A stretch of 20,000 nucleotides of DNA from Nitrospirae bacterium MYbin3 (GTDB taxonomy: Bacteria; Nitrospirota; Thermodesulfovibrionia; Thermodesulfovibrionales; Dissulfurispiraceae), in NCBI GenBank assembly GCA_002753335.1, contig PEAD01000016.1, forward strand, positions 45,729 through 65,728. The letters run 5' to 3'. The notes beneath the pieces were generated by a model. That model did no database searches. It was not told the origin of the DNA and saw only the letters and a program-made list of their open reading frames with translations. The translations under genes were made by a program, and so were the position numbers. Shown here one piece after another: positions 1-9,969 of the stretch. Every line of letters begins with the position of its first letter. Positions within the stretch are counted from its first letter, which is position 1.

Positions 1-1805
1 GCAACATACCTTCCCTGTTCTAAAATGGCCGGAATAGCATTATTATCAGCCTCCAGATTTCGGGCCGCAACCTCTATCGTACCGCCAATAGGCATAGCCT
101 GCACAGCATTCAATACAATGTTCTGCAGCACCTGACTGATCTGCCCCTCGTCAGCATCAGCAGACCATAGTGTTTCTGTGATGTCCAGACTGCAGGAACA
201 ATTTGATCCGCTCAAGGCAAATTTTACAGAGTTTTCTATCACTGAACTCAACTTGATAAGTCTCTTTTCGGGCTTGCCACCCTTTGCAAAGGTCAGCAGC
301 TGTGATGTGAGTTTGACCGAAAGATGCAGCGCCTTCTCGGCCTGTTCGATCATCGATAGGGCATTCGCATGATTATTTATATTGATTCTGGCCATAGAAA
401 GATAGCCGAAGATTCCCTGCAATAGATTATTGAAATCATGCGCGATGCCGCCGGCAAGGGTGCCGACAGCCTCCAGTTTCTGTATATTACTAAGCTGTTC
501 TTCGAGCCTTCTGTGTTCTGTTATGTCTATGCCTAAAGAAGTGACTCCTATTATTTCACCCTTTGCACCAAACATATGCGAATTAGTCCATGCAATAAGC
601 CGTTTCTCTCCTGCTTTGGTCAGAATATCATTTTCGTATTTTTTAACAATACCTTTTAAAATAATGTTCTCGGCATGGATATCTCTGATATGTTCACGAA
701 TGGCATCAGGTATAAATATATCCATCCAGTTTTTTCCGATAATCTCTTTTATATCCCAACCCGTCAGTTCTGCAAAAAAGTTATTTGCAAATGTAATTAG
801 GCCTTCATTATTTAACTGCACCGCAATAAGATTCGCATTTTCGAGGGTTTGCCTGAACTGCCGCTCGGACTCTTTCAATGCTTCTTCAACCATTTTGCGC
901 TCTGTAATATCAGTAAACACAACAGCAAACCTGTGCTTTAAAGGGCTAAAAGCCCAAACATCATAGTACCTTCCCAGTTCTTTTGAGTAATTCTGGTAGG
1001 CTGTAGGCTCGCCGGTTTGCGCTACCTTTCCATAAATATCAATCCAGTATTGTTCTGTGCTAGGCATTACCTCTTTTATGGTTCTGCCAATCAAAGCTGA
1101 TGCCGAAGCTCCGGTGAGCTTTTCAAAGGCAGGATTAATCTCAAGAAAACGATAATCTACAGGGCGTCCCTGCCCATCGTATATCATTTCGTGCAGAGCA
1201 AAACCTGCGGTCATATTTTCGAACAACAGACGGTATTTTGTCTCGCTTCTATGCAGCACTTCATCCGACCGCTTGCGTTCGGTTATATCGTGTATAACTC
1301 CAAAAATCTGTTTAGGAGAGCCATCCTCCTGCCTTTTATATATATGCTCGTTGCTTTCAAGCCATAACCAATCACCGTTCTTATGCTTCATCCTGTATTC
1401 ATGAGAAATCATCTCACCGTCTTTTGCCTTGCTGTATTTTTCGAGAATTGCCGAAACATACAGATTAAAGTCATCAGGATTCATCAGTGTCTGGATTAGA
1501 TGGTCGCCCATCCCTTTAATTTCATCCACCGAATATCCGAGGACCTTCTGTATGCCTTGGTTGCTGTATATATTTTTTTGGTCTACCAGATCATAAATAT
1601 ATATGACATCGGGGCTCATATTCATAAGTGATTCGATGAACTTGTTTCTTTCGGCAAGCGTGCCTGCTGACTCTCGCAGTTCATGCTCCATGCTTCTGCG
1701 ACTGCGGATGTTGAATAGAAGAAAGGCTATAAGTATGGATTCACTTATAAGAAATAAGATTAAACCCCAGTGCTCTCCCCAGAAACCGGGCTCAAAATTT
1801 AACAT
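1..1805 (-). CDS. Membrane-anchored multi-PAS sensor histidine kinase (NtrB/CckA-like), 3' part beyond the window edge
   Basis: Hand translation from ATG at 1805: MLNFEPGFWGEHWGLILFLISESILIAFLLFNIRSRR (one TM helix). Three PAS/PAC repeats end in DITERKR, DITERKM and DITEHRR. The H-box reads QKLEAVGTLAGGIAHDFNNLL (~425-485) and the N-box QISQVLQNIVLNAVQAMP. The frame stays open to position 1. Not in the ORF track because no stop lies in the window. Confidence 0.93.
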   Translation of the reverse strand, partial: MLNFEPGFWGEHWGLILFLISESILIAFLLFNIRSRRSMEHELRESAGTLAERNKFIESLMNMSPDVIYIYDLVDQKNIYSNQGIQKVLGYSVDEIKGMGDHLIQTLMNPDDFNLYVSAILEKYSKAKDGEMISHEYRMKHKNGDWLWLESNEHIYKRQEDGSPKQIFGVIHDITERKRSDEVLHRSETKYRLLFENMTAGFALHEMIYDGQGRPVDYRFLEINPAFEKLTGASASALIGRTIKEVMPSTEQYWIDIYGKVAQTGEPTAYQNYSKELGRYYDVWAFSPLKHRFAVVFTDITERKMVEEALKESERQFRQTLENANLIAVQLNNEGLITFANNFFAELTGWDIKEIIGKNWMDIFIPDAIREHIRDIHAENIILKGIVKKYENDILTKAGEKRLIAWTNSHMFGAKGEIIGVTSLGIDITEHRRLEEQLSNIQKLEAVGTLAGGIAHDFNNLLQGIFGYLSMARININNHANALSMIEQAEKALHLSVKLTSQLLTFAKGGKPEKRLIKLSSVIENSVKFALSGSNCSCSLDITETLWSADADEGQISQVLQNIVLNAVQAMPIGGTIEVAARNLEADNNAIPAILEQGRYV

Positions 1806-1860
1806 TTGATATATTACTACAATTTTGCAAAAATGGGGACAGTGACCATTTTACTACACC

Positions 1861-3795
1861 TCATGCCTTGGATGATGAAAGCAGACCGCCTCTCAAAACA
1901 AGCTCTTTCTCTCTATCGTTAAGATCGGACACCACAAAAAAGGATGTTCCTTTTGTAGCATTCTCAACCTTATATTCCTGCCCTTCTTTTATAGCTCCAA
2001 GCAATCCGCTTATCGAAAGCCTGTCGCCCTGCTCAACCTTATCGTAATCTTCGGAAGATTTGAACAGCAGCGGCAAAATCCCGAAATTAACAAGATTCGC
2101 CCTGTGGATCCTTGCGAAGGATTTTACAATTACGGTCTGCAGCCCAAGATACATCGGGGCCAAAGCCGCGTGCTCCCTTGAAGAGCCCTGCCCGTAATTC
2201 TCACCGCCGACAACAATCGCGCCGCCTTTTGCCTTTGCCTCATTCGCGCGGCTGCTGAATGTTTTATCTATATTCTCAAATACAAAATCGGATATGGCCG
2301 GGATGTTCGACCTGAACGGAAGCACCTTTGATCCGGCAGGCATGATGTCGTCAGTGGTAATGTTATTTCCGACCTTAAGCAGAACCTCGGCATCAATTCT
2401 ATCTTGGAGAGCAGCTTTCACCGGAACTTCTTTTATATTCGGGCCTTTTAAGATTTTTATCTCGGTTGTGTTGCTCTTGGGCGATACAAGCAAATTGTCA
2501 TTTATCATAAATGTTTTAGGCTCTTTCACCTTGGCGATTTCTAAACCGCACTCTCTCGGATCAACCATCTCGCCCTTGAGAGCAAAGACAGCGCAGGAGA
2601 TAGGGCTGGCAAGATATACCGAAGCATCCTTTGTGCCTGACCTGCCATGAAAGTTTCTGTTGTACGAACGCACCGAAACATGGCCGGTTCCGGGCGCACC
2701 GCCCATGCCGATGCAGGCGCCGCAAGAAATTTCCATAATCCTCGCGCCTGAAGAGATCATTTCTGCGATAACGCCTTCACGCGACAGCATCTCATAGACC
2801 TGCTTTGAGCCGGGATTGATAAGCAGATTCAGATTCTCGGCTATTGTGCGGCCTTTGAGTATTGACGCCACCGTCTTCATCGCATGATACGAAGAGTTGG
2901 TGCAGCTGCCTATGCAGACCTGATTCACCTTTTTGCCTGCAAGCTCGCGAACAGAAACCACATTGTCAGGACTGTGCGGCTGGGCTATCATCGGCTCGAT
3001 GCTGCCAAGGTCAAGAATTATAGTTTCGGAATATTCAGCGCCTTTGTCAGCCTTAAGCTCTATCCAATCTTTTTCCCTGCCCTCTGCCTTAAGAAATTTA
3101 AGAGTATTAGCATCACTCGGGAATATTGATGTTGTTGCTCCAAGCTCTGCCCCCATATTTGTAATTGTTGCCCTTTCGGTAACATTGAGGTCTTTGACTC
3201 CCGGCCCGCCGTACTCTATAATTTTTCCGACCCCACCTTTTACGGTCAGCATTTTTAAGAGCGTAAGGATCACATCCATCGCCGTAACCCATGGCCTGTT
3301 GAGCTTTCCTGTCAGCTTTACCTGAACAACCTTGGGCATATTTATTTCAAAAGGCGCTCCGGCCATGACAGAGGCGGCCTCAAGCCCTCCAACACCAATA
3401 GCTATCATGCCCATTCCTCCGCCTGTAGGCGTATGGCTGTCGGTGCCTAGAGCTATCTTGCCGGACGCGGCGAATCTTTCTAGATGCACCTGATGGCAAA
3501 TGCCGTTGCCCGGCTTTGAAAAGTAGGCTCCGAATTTAGCGGCAGCTGTCTGAAGAAATGCGTGGTCATCGCTATTCATAAAATTTGATTGGAGCATATT
3601 GTGGTCAACATAAGAAACGGCCAGCGGAACCTTTACCCTGTCTATTCCTATCGCCTCAAATTCGAGCCAGGCCATCGTGCCTGTGGCATCCTGAGTATAG
3701 ACCTGATCAACATTAAGCGCTATCTGGCTTCCAGCAGCAACATCTCCTGAAACTTTGTGCACATCAAAAATCTTCTGGACTATGTTTTTAGCCAT
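1861..3795 (-). CDS. acn: Aconitate hydratase, short single-chain (~640 aa) type
   Basis: Aconitase motifs QDATG, DHN, GICHQVH, DSHT, GSCTN and CGACIG (Fe-S ligands), NRNF, TTDDI, NYGQGSSREHA, SFARIH. GGAG Shine-Dalgarno upstream. Confidence 0.92.
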   Translation of the reverse strand: MAKNIVQKIFDVHKVSGDVAAGSQIALNVDQVYTQDATGTMAWLEFEAIGIDRVKVPLAVSYVDHNMLQSNFMNSDDHAFLQTAAAKFGAYFSKPGNGICHQVHLERFAASGKIALGTDSHTPTGGGMGMIAIGVGGLEAASVMAGAPFEINMPKVVQVKLTGKLNRPWVTAMDVILTLLKMLTVKGGVGKIIEYGGPGVKDLNVTERATITNMGAELGATTSIFPSDANTLKFLKAEGREKDWIELKADKGAEYSETIILDLGSIEPMIAQPHSPDNVVSVRELAGKKVNQVCIGSCTNSSYHAMKTVASILKGRTIAENLNLLINPGSKQVYEMLSREGVIAEMISSGARIMEISCGACIGMGGAPGTGHVSVRSYNRNFHGRSGTKDASVYLASPISCAVFALKGEMVDPRECGLEIAKVKEPKTFMINDNLLVSPKSNTTEIKILKGPNIKEVPVKAALQDRIDAEVLLKVGNNITTDDIMPAGSKVLPFRSNIPAISDFVFENIDKTFSSRANEAKAKGGAIVVGGENYGQGSSREHAALAPMYLGLQTVIVKSFARIHRANLVNFGILPLLFKSSEDYDKVEQGDRLSISGLLGAIKEGQEYKVENATKGTSFFVVSDLNDREKELVLRGGLLSSSKA

Positions 3796-3876
3796 GTTTT
3801 TTCTCCGAATTTTTTTTTAGAAATTTGAACTATAAATAACCGAGGCTAGCAGAAATTGGCTTTTGATTTTTACAAT

Positions 3877-6540
3877 CTACTTCGCCCCGCAGCATTTTTT
3901 GTATTTCTTGCCGCTGCCGCAGGGGCAAGGGTCGTTTCTGCCGACCTTGTTATCGCTGTGGGCAGGCTGCTTAAGGCCTTCCGATCCCCTATTGAAAACA
4001 AGCCTGTGCTCCCGCTCACGCATCTCACTTTCGGTCTCGCTCTTTATCTGGACCCTGAAAAGCCTCATGAGCGCTTCGGAATTTATTCTCTGGGACATGT
4101 CAGAGAAGAGATTGAAAGCCTCTTTCTTATATTCAACCAGAGGGTCGCGCTGTGCGTAGCCTCTCAAGCCTATGCCTTCCTTGATATGATCTATGCCCAA
4201 AAGATGGTCTTTCCACTGCGTATCTATAATCTGTAAGAGCAGCACCCGCTCCATGTACCGCATCGCATCCGAGCCGACCTCTGCCTCTTTTCTTTCATAG
4301 GTTTCTTTGGCCTTTGCAGCTACTAAATCGTAAAGCTCTTCGGCGCTGCCGGTATCAGGAATATCCATGCTGATGCCGAATGCTCCATAAATAGCATCGC
4401 TTAATCCCTTTAAATTCCATTCATCGTAGCCGGCGTCTTCGCTGCAGAATACAGAAACAAGAGCGTCAGCCTCATCCTCTATCATCTCGAATATTTTGTC
4501 CCTAAGATTTTCGCCTGTCAGCACATCCCTGCGAAACTTATAAATCTCGCTCCGCTGTTTGTTCATAACGTCATCGTATTCGAGCAGATGTTTTCTTATA
4601 TCGAAGTTGTGCGCCTCCACCTTTTTCTGCGCGTTCTCTATAGCCTTTGTGACCATTTTGTTTTCGATAGGCACCCACTCGTCCATCTTGAGCAGATTCA
4701 TCAAGCTGTCTATCCTGTCCGAGCCGAATATCCGCATCAGGTCATCAGTTAGAGAAAGATAAAACCGCGATGAACCAGGATCTCCCTGCCTGCCTGACCT
4801 TCCCCGCAGCTGGTTGTCTATCCTTCGGGATTCGTGCCGCTCTGTGCCGATAATCCTCAAGCCTCCGGCTTCAAGCACCTGTTCACGCTCTTTTGCGCAG
4901 ATCTCTTTGGCCTTGTCATATGCTGCCTTATATTCTTCTTCGGTAAACTTGGGCTTATCGAGCAAAAGCTCGCGGGCTATTCCGTCAGGGTTTCCGCCAA
5001 GAACTATGTCGGTTCCTCTTCCTGCCATATTTGTGGCAATCGTCACCGCGCCGAACCTTCCGGCCTGAGCAACTATCTCGGCCTCCTTCTCATGGAACTT
5101 GGCGTTGAGCACAGCATGCCTGACACCCTTTTTCTTGAGCATCTGTGCAAGCAGTTCGGACTTTTCTATCGAGATTGTTCCTACAAGAGCGGGTTGGCCT
5201 CTCTTGTGGCACTCCTCTATCTCCTGAATAACCGCATTGTATTTTGCCTTCTCATTTTTATACACAATGTCCGCTGCGTCGTCCCTTATCATCGGCCTGT
5301 TGGTAGGGATTACGACAACCTCTAGATTGTATATCTGCGCAAACTCATGCGCCTCGGTATCGGCGGTTCCTGTCATGCCCGCAAGTTTGTTGTACATCCT
5401 GAAATAGTTCTGGAAGGTTATCGTTGCAAGCGTCTGGTTTTCGCTCGCTATCTTCACATTTTCTTTAGCTTCTATAGCCTGATGAAGCCCGTCGCTCCAG
5501 CGCCTTCCGGACATAAGCCTGCCTGTAAACTCGTCAACTATTATGACCTCGCCGTCCTTTACAACATAGTCAACATCCCTCTTGAACATATGGTGGGCTC
5601 GCAGGCCTTGCAGCACATGATGAACCCATTCAAAATTAGCAGGTTCATACAGGTTGCCCACTCCGAGCAGATTTTCTATCTTCGAGTTTCCCCTGTCGTT
5701 TATAACGATATTTTTGAGCTTTTCGTCGGTTTTAAAATCTTCGTCCTCTTTTAGATAAGGTAGTATTTTATTGACGCGATAATATTTATCGGTTGACTCT
5801 TCCGATGGCCCCGAAATTATCAGCGGGGTCCTCGCCTCATCAATCAGGATGCTGTCAACCTCGTCAACTATCGCGTAGTTCAGCTCCCTCTGCGCATAGT
5901 CCGAGAGGTCATATTTCATATTGTCCCTGAGATAATCGAAGCCGAACTCGTTGTTGGTTCCGTAGGTCACATCAGCGCCGTAGGCCTCCTTTTTCTCGCA
6001 GGGGCGCAGGTGGTTGTATCTTTTGTCATTTGAAAGATATGTGGTGTCGTACAAAAACGAATAATCATGCTGTATCACCCCTACCGACAGGCCTAGAAAA
6101 TGGTAGAGAATTCCCATCCATTGCGCATCTCTTTTTGCGAGATAGTCGTTTACGGTGACAACATGAACTCCTCTGCCGTCAAGAGAGTTGAGATATACAG
6201 GAAGAGTTGCCACAAGGGTCTTGCCCTCGCCCGTCTTCATTTCTGCGATCCTGCCGTCATGCAGGGCAATGCCGCCGATAAGCTGCACATCGAAATGCCT
6301 CATGTTCAGGCAGCGCTTTGATGCCTCGCGCACAACCGCAAACGCCTCGTTCATCAGGTCGTCAAGGGTCTCTCCATCAGCGATGCGGCTTTTAAACTCG
6401 GCAGTTTTATTTCTGAGCTGGTCATCGCTCAAAGAAGATACTGAAGGCTCAAGAATATTGATGGCATCAATCCTCGAAAGAAGCTTCTTCAGCTCACGTT
6501 CGTTCTTAGTCCCGAACAACTTATTTAGTATGTTAAGCAT
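3877..6540 (-). CDS. secA: Preprotein translocase ATPase SecA
   Basis: MKTGEGKT Walker [45 protein letters not shown], and a C-terminal SEC-C motif [19 protein letters not shown]. Confidence 0.99.
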   Translation of the reverse strand: MLNILNKLFGTKNERELKKLLSRIDAINILEPSVSSLSDDQLRNKTAEFKSRIADGETLDDLMNEAFAVVREASKRCLNMRHFDVQLIGGIALHDGRIAEMKTGEGKTLVATLPVYLNSLDGRGVHVVTVNDYLAKRDAQWMGILYHFLGLSVGVIQHDYSFLYDTTYLSNDKRYNHLRPCEKKEAYGADVTYGTNNEFGFDYLRDNMKYDLSDYAQRELNYAIVDEVDSILIDEARTPLIISGPSEESTDKYYRVNKILPYLKEDEDFKTDEKLKNIVINDRGNSKIENLLGVGNLYEPANFEWVHHVLQGLRAHHMFKRDVDYVVKDGEVIIVDEFTGRLMSGRRWSDGLHQAIEAKENVKIASENQTLATITFQNYFRMYNKLAGMTGTADTEAHEFAQIYNLEVVVIPTNRPMIRDDAADIVYKNEKAKYNAVIQEIEECHKRGQPALVGTISIEKSELLAQMLKKKGVRHAVLNAKFHEKEAEIVAQAGRFGAVTIATNMAGRGTDIVLGGNPDGIARELLLDKPKFTEEEYKAAYDKAKEICAKEREQVLEAGGLRIIGTERHESRRIDNQLRGRSGRQGDPGSSRFYLSLTDDLMRIFGSDRIDSLMNLLKMDEWVPIENKMVTKAIENAQKKVEAHNFDIRKHLLEYDDVMNKQRSEIYKFRRDVLTGENLRDKIFEMIEDEADALVSVFCSEDAGYDEWNLKGLSDAIYGAFGISMDIPDTGSAEELYDLVAAKAKETYERKEAEVGSDAMRYMERVLLLQIIDTQWKDHLLGIDHIKEGIGLRGYAQRDPLVEYKKEAFNLFSDMSQRINSEALMRLFRVQIKSETESEMREREHRLVFNRGSEGLKQPAHSDNKVGRNDPCPCGSGKKYKKCCGAK

Positions 6541-6601
6541 AACTAATTATGTTAGCCGAGCGTTCTGTTTTTATGCAAGAAATCTGCGCGTCGATCCAGG
6601 G

Positions 6602-7705
6602 CTAATGCTCTATGCGGTTAGTGGTATTGTGCCTTTTGTCCGATTCAAAAAGGCCTTTGATTTTTTGGAGAATAAGCCTTAAAAATCTGCTCTTTGCAAA
6701 AAAACAGTGATAGGTAAATGTAAAATCAGCTCCGAGATACGCCTTTACCTCAGGGTCTGTCCAACCCGCAATATATGTCTTAAACCCTCTTTTAATGCAA
6801 TACTCAAGATTGTTAAACCAGCTGACAAAATAAAGATTAAGCTCCATAGAGTCGGGATATACAAAACCCACATACTTATCCACCAACGCATTTCGATAAA
6901 CAAAGCAGAGATTAAAGCCGATGATTTTATCTTTGCATTTATAAACAAATACTATACCGCCGTTTGAATCCCTGAACACCGTTGCAAAAAAGTCTCTGCT
7001 CAATTTATCAAAATGGATATAGCTCTGCTCATAAACATTACTATAGAGCGAATACAGAAGATCTATAGTATCGTCACTAAAAAAAGCGTCTCCTGTTTTA
7101 ATATCTTCAACAGACAGTTCGGAGCGCGAACGCAGTTTTCTTTTAAAATCTTTTCTGCGCGAACGAGAAAATCTTTGCAGATAATCCTCGATCGAGGAGA
7201 AGTTAATAGGAACATAGCTCAGCGCCTGTCCTGATAATCTGGTAAAACCTGAGTCTTCAAGATGCTTGATGATATTTAAAGAATGACTGTTTTCATTTAC
7301 TGACAGAAGCGGAGATTCAAACGGGATGTCTTTAACTATTAAAAAAGGTAGCTGCATCTTAGAAAACTGTGCGAGCAGCTCATCCGCAAATTTCTTTGGA
7401 GAAGCTTCATAAGGCAACGGAGAGTACTCGGTTACGGTTGTTCCTATAAAAAGAACTTTCGGCCTGAACAGCTTGAGTATGAACCGCGGGAAAAAACGGA
7501 CACATCTAATGTAGGCCTTCTTAGCCCATCCGTCCACTGTGGTAAAGATATCGAACTCAGTGACAAAACCATAAGCGGTCTTATTACCGCAGGCGATTTT
7601 AAAAGGCTCAAACCCATCAGGAGGAAAAGCTAAAAAAGCTTCGGCAAGCTCCTCAGGCTCAAGAAGGTTAGAGGCTGCCTGATTTTTTTCATCGTTATCC
7701 TGCAT
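6602..7705 (-). CDS. FemAB-like/GNAT-fold (acyl or aminoacyl) transferase
   Basis: Motifs FSSIEDYLQRFSRSRRKDFKRKL, IIGFNLCF, and LYFVSWFNNLEYCIKRGFKTYIAG...EVKAYLGA are typical of FemAB-like/Acetyltransf_6 proteins. Start placed at ATG 7705 (or 7711), which overlaps the upstream stop, rather than TTG 7759. Confidence 0.75.
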   Translation of the reverse strand: MQDNDEKNQAASNLLEPEELAEAFLAFPPDGFEPFKIACGNKTAYGFVTEFDIFTTVDGWAKKAYIRCVRFFPRFILKLFRPKVLFIGTTVTEYSPLPYEASPKKFADELLAQFSKMQLPFLIVKDIPFESPLLSVNENSHSLNIIKHLEDSGFTRLSGQALSYVPINFSSIEDYLQRFSRSRRKDFKRKLRSRSELSVEDIKTGDAFFSDDTIDLLYSLYSNVYEQSYIHFDKLSRDFFATVFRDSNGGIVFVYKCKDKIIGFNLCFVYRNALVDKYVGFVYPDSMELNLYFVSWFNNLEYCIKRGFKTYIAGWTDPEVKAYLGADFTFTYHCFFAKSRFLRLILQKIKGLFESDKRHNTTNRIEH

Positions 7706-8486
7706 GCTCATTGAAAAACCTGATCGTCTGCGCAGCAACTTCGTCTTTTTGAAAATCAAGAGTCAGCATGTGGTATGAGTTATCAAGAAAAATTTTCCGC
7801 ACATCGGAAGAGCCTATATTTTTTTCAACATAATCCGCATTCTTCGTGCTCGCAATATCATCTTCAAGTGCGTGCAGCAAAAGCGTCGGAGTTTTTACTT
7901 CAGGCATTATTTTCTTTACCGCACTGATATGCTTGAATAGTTCATGCATCGCCTTTGACGGGAATTTAGAATAAGCAATGAGATTGTCATGCAAAGCAGA
8001 TGCAATGTGCTTTCTCATCCTTTCATCTTTTATGCCGTATGGCTCGCGCTCTTCGTAAGAATAAAAATATTTCAAAGGAGGATAGTATGAGACCGGCAGC
8101 AAGAACTTGTACCAAGGCAGGCTCCAGCCGTCATAAGAGAGAGTTGTCGAAAGCATCGCTATTGCGGACATATCATCCTTGACCTCATAAGCAAGGTAAA
8201 GCGAAAAAAGCGCTCCCATGCACAACCCTCCCGAGAAAACATTCCTGTGGTTCTTCTTCATTTCATCAAACTCTTCACGCACAGTGCCGTACCAGTCCTG
8301 CCAACGCGTTTTCGATAGATCGTCTATAGTTGTTCCATGTCCAGCAAGACATGGCCCCTTGACAGTATAGCCTGCTCGGTTGAGATGGCGGGCAAGATTT
8401 TTCAGTTCAAATGGACTTCCGGTCAAACCATGGATAAGCAATACTGCATCGTCTCCGCCCTTAAGGTCGATTATGTGATTTTTCAA
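7695..8486 (-). CDS. Alpha/beta-hydrolase (carboxylesterase/monoacylglycerol-lipase-like) with a G-L-C-M-G nucleophile elbow
   Basis: VLLIHGLTGSP oxyanion region, LAGHGT, GLCMG (8214-8228), EDD acid and SYHMLT histidine. The TTG start overlaps the ketosynthase stop (TTGA). Confidence 0.88.
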   Translation of the reverse strand: MKNHIIDLKGGDDAVLLIHGLTGSPFELKNLARHLNRAGYTVKGPCLAGHGTTIDDLSKTRWQDWYGTVREEFDEMKKNHRNVFSGGLCMGALFSLYLAYEVKDDMSAIAMLSTTLSYDGWSLPWYKFLLPVSYYPPLKYFYSYEEREPYGIKDERMRKHIASALHDNLIAYSKFPSKAMHELFKHISAVKKIMPEVKTPTLLLHALEDDIASTKNADYVEKNIGSSDVRKIFLDNSYHMLTLDFQKDEVAAQTIRFFNEHAG

Positions 8487-9712
8487 ACAGCCCTCGCTAC
8501 AAGAACCGCATTGGTTCCTCCAAAAGCGAATGAATTAGCCATTATCGTCCGAACATTAATGCCTGCTCTGCCTTCATTAGGAACATAATCGAGATCGCAT
8601 TCAGGGTCGGACTGCCGCAGGTTAGCGGTTGGAGGCACTGCCTTATTTTTTATCGCAAGCAGAGCAATCGCAAACTCAACAGCGCCTGCTGCGCCAAGCA
8701 GATGGCCTATCATCGATTTGGAAGAGCTTATTGGAACCTTATAGGCATAAGCACCGAAAGCTTTTTTTATAGCCTGAGTCTCGGCTATATCATTGGCAAT
8801 AGTCGCGGTGCCGTGCGCGTTGATGTAATCAATTCCATCAGCATTTATGGACGCTTCGCGCAATGCCTGATTTATAGCCCTTGCCTGTCCGTCAGGGGAT
8901 GGGCTTGTTATATGATGAGCATCGGCTGTTGAACCGTATCCGGCCAGCTCAGCATAAATAGTTGCTCCTCTTTTTTTTGCGCGCTCCATTTCTTCAAGCA
9001 CAACAACTCCAGAGCCCTCGCCAAGTGTCATGCCTGTCCTGTCTTTTGAAAACGGCCTGCAGGATGCCGCCGGGTTCTCTGTATCCTCTTTTGCAAGCAC
9101 GCCAAGCGATTCCCAAGCCTTGCATGAGCCGTATGTAATCACGCTTTCAGCGCCTCCGGCAAGCATCACATCCGTAAACCCATACTGTATCTGCCTGTAT
9201 GCCTCGCCTATTGCCAATGCAGAAGATGAGCAGGCATTTGAATAAGTGACACATGGGCCTGCAAATCCGAATTTTGTCGATATATGAGAAGCAGAGGAAT
9301 TGCACATGATTTTTGTTACAAAAAGAGGGCTGACCCTCGAAGCCTCTTTTTTGTAAAGATTAAAATACAGGTCGTTGATTGCATGGCCGCCGCCAAGACC
9401 TGTTCCGAAATAGACTCCGGCCAGTTCTTTTTCGAATTCCAACAACTCTATGCCGGAATCTTTCCATGCGTACGAAGCCGCAATCAAAGAAAGCTGTGTA
9501 GTACGATCATAAATATTAAGCTGTTTTTTCGAAAAATGCTGGAGAGGATCAAAAGAAACTTCGGCCGCAATTTTTACAGAAAGGCTATCAACAAAATCGG
9601 CAGAAATCCTTTTGATTCCGGCCCTGCCTGCCATCAACGATTCAAAGAATGGCTTAGGTTCCTGTCCGAGCGCGGTTATAAAACCGAGTCCTGTTACAGC
9701 TACCCTTCTCAA
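8483..9712 (-). CDS. fabF: Beta-ketoacyl-ACP synthase II-family ketosynthase (FabF/NodE-like)
   Basis: RRVAVTGLG, catalytic NACSS (Cys), INAHGT (His) and GHLLG (His), plus NSFAFGGTN. The symbol denotes the family; this is probably a non-housekeeping paralog. Confidence 0.9.
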   Translation of the reverse strand: MRRVAVTGLGFITALGQEPKPFFESLMAGRAGIKRISADFVDSLSVKIAAEVSFDPLQHFSKKQLNIYDRTTQLSLIAASYAWKDSGIELLEFEKELAGVYFGTGLGGGHAINDLYFNLYKKEASRVSPLFVTKIMCNSSASHISTKFGFAGPCVTYSNACSSSALAIGEAYRQIQYGFTDVMLAGGAESVITYGSCKAWESLGVLAKEDTENPAASCRPFSKDRTGMTLGEGSGVVVLEEMERAKKRGATIYAELAGYGSTADAHHITSPSPDGQARAINQALREASINADGIDYINAHGTATIANDIAETQAIKKAFGAYAYKVPISSSKSMIGHLLGAAGAVEFAIALLAIKNKAVPPTANLRQSDPECDLDYVPNEGRAGINVRTIMANSFAFGGTNAVLVARAV

Positions 9713-9719
9713 CCCCGAA

Positions 9720-9965
9720 TTACGCCTTCCCCTGCTGTTCTGCTACAAGGCGGTTTATGGTCTCAACAAGGTCTTGAACCGTATCAATCTTGACATCTCG
9801 CTCAGGCACTTTTATCTTAAACTCATCCTCTATAGCAAAAATAAATTCTATCCTGTCGAGTGAGTCCAAGCCTAGGCTTTCGAGTGTTGCATCAAGGGTA
9901 ATAGAGCCTTCTTTAAAATCGAGCTTGTCCGCAAAAAGCTGTTTTACCTTTTCGAATGTACCCAT
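9720..9965 (-). CDS. Acyl carrier protein (pathway-specific)
   Basis: LGLDSLD phosphopantetheine site and an acidic ~81 aa protein. ATG 9965 lies 4 nt after the upstream stop and is preferred over TTG 9986. Confidence 0.92.
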   Translation of the reverse strand: MGTFEKVKQLFADKLDFKEGSITLDATLESLGLDSLDRIEFIFAIEDEFKIKVPERDVKIDTVQDLVETINRLVAEQQGKA

Positions 9966-9969
9966 GCCC

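Noticed and set aside
178..1809. Plus-strand ORFs 178-372, 430-966 and 1603-1809
   Set aside because: Antisense shadows of the minus-strand histidine kinase, with no recognisable motifs.
7706..7759. Longer TTG start (7759) for the GNAT gene
   Set aside because: It would overlap the hydrolase by 65 nt. ATG at 7705/7711 gives typical coupling.
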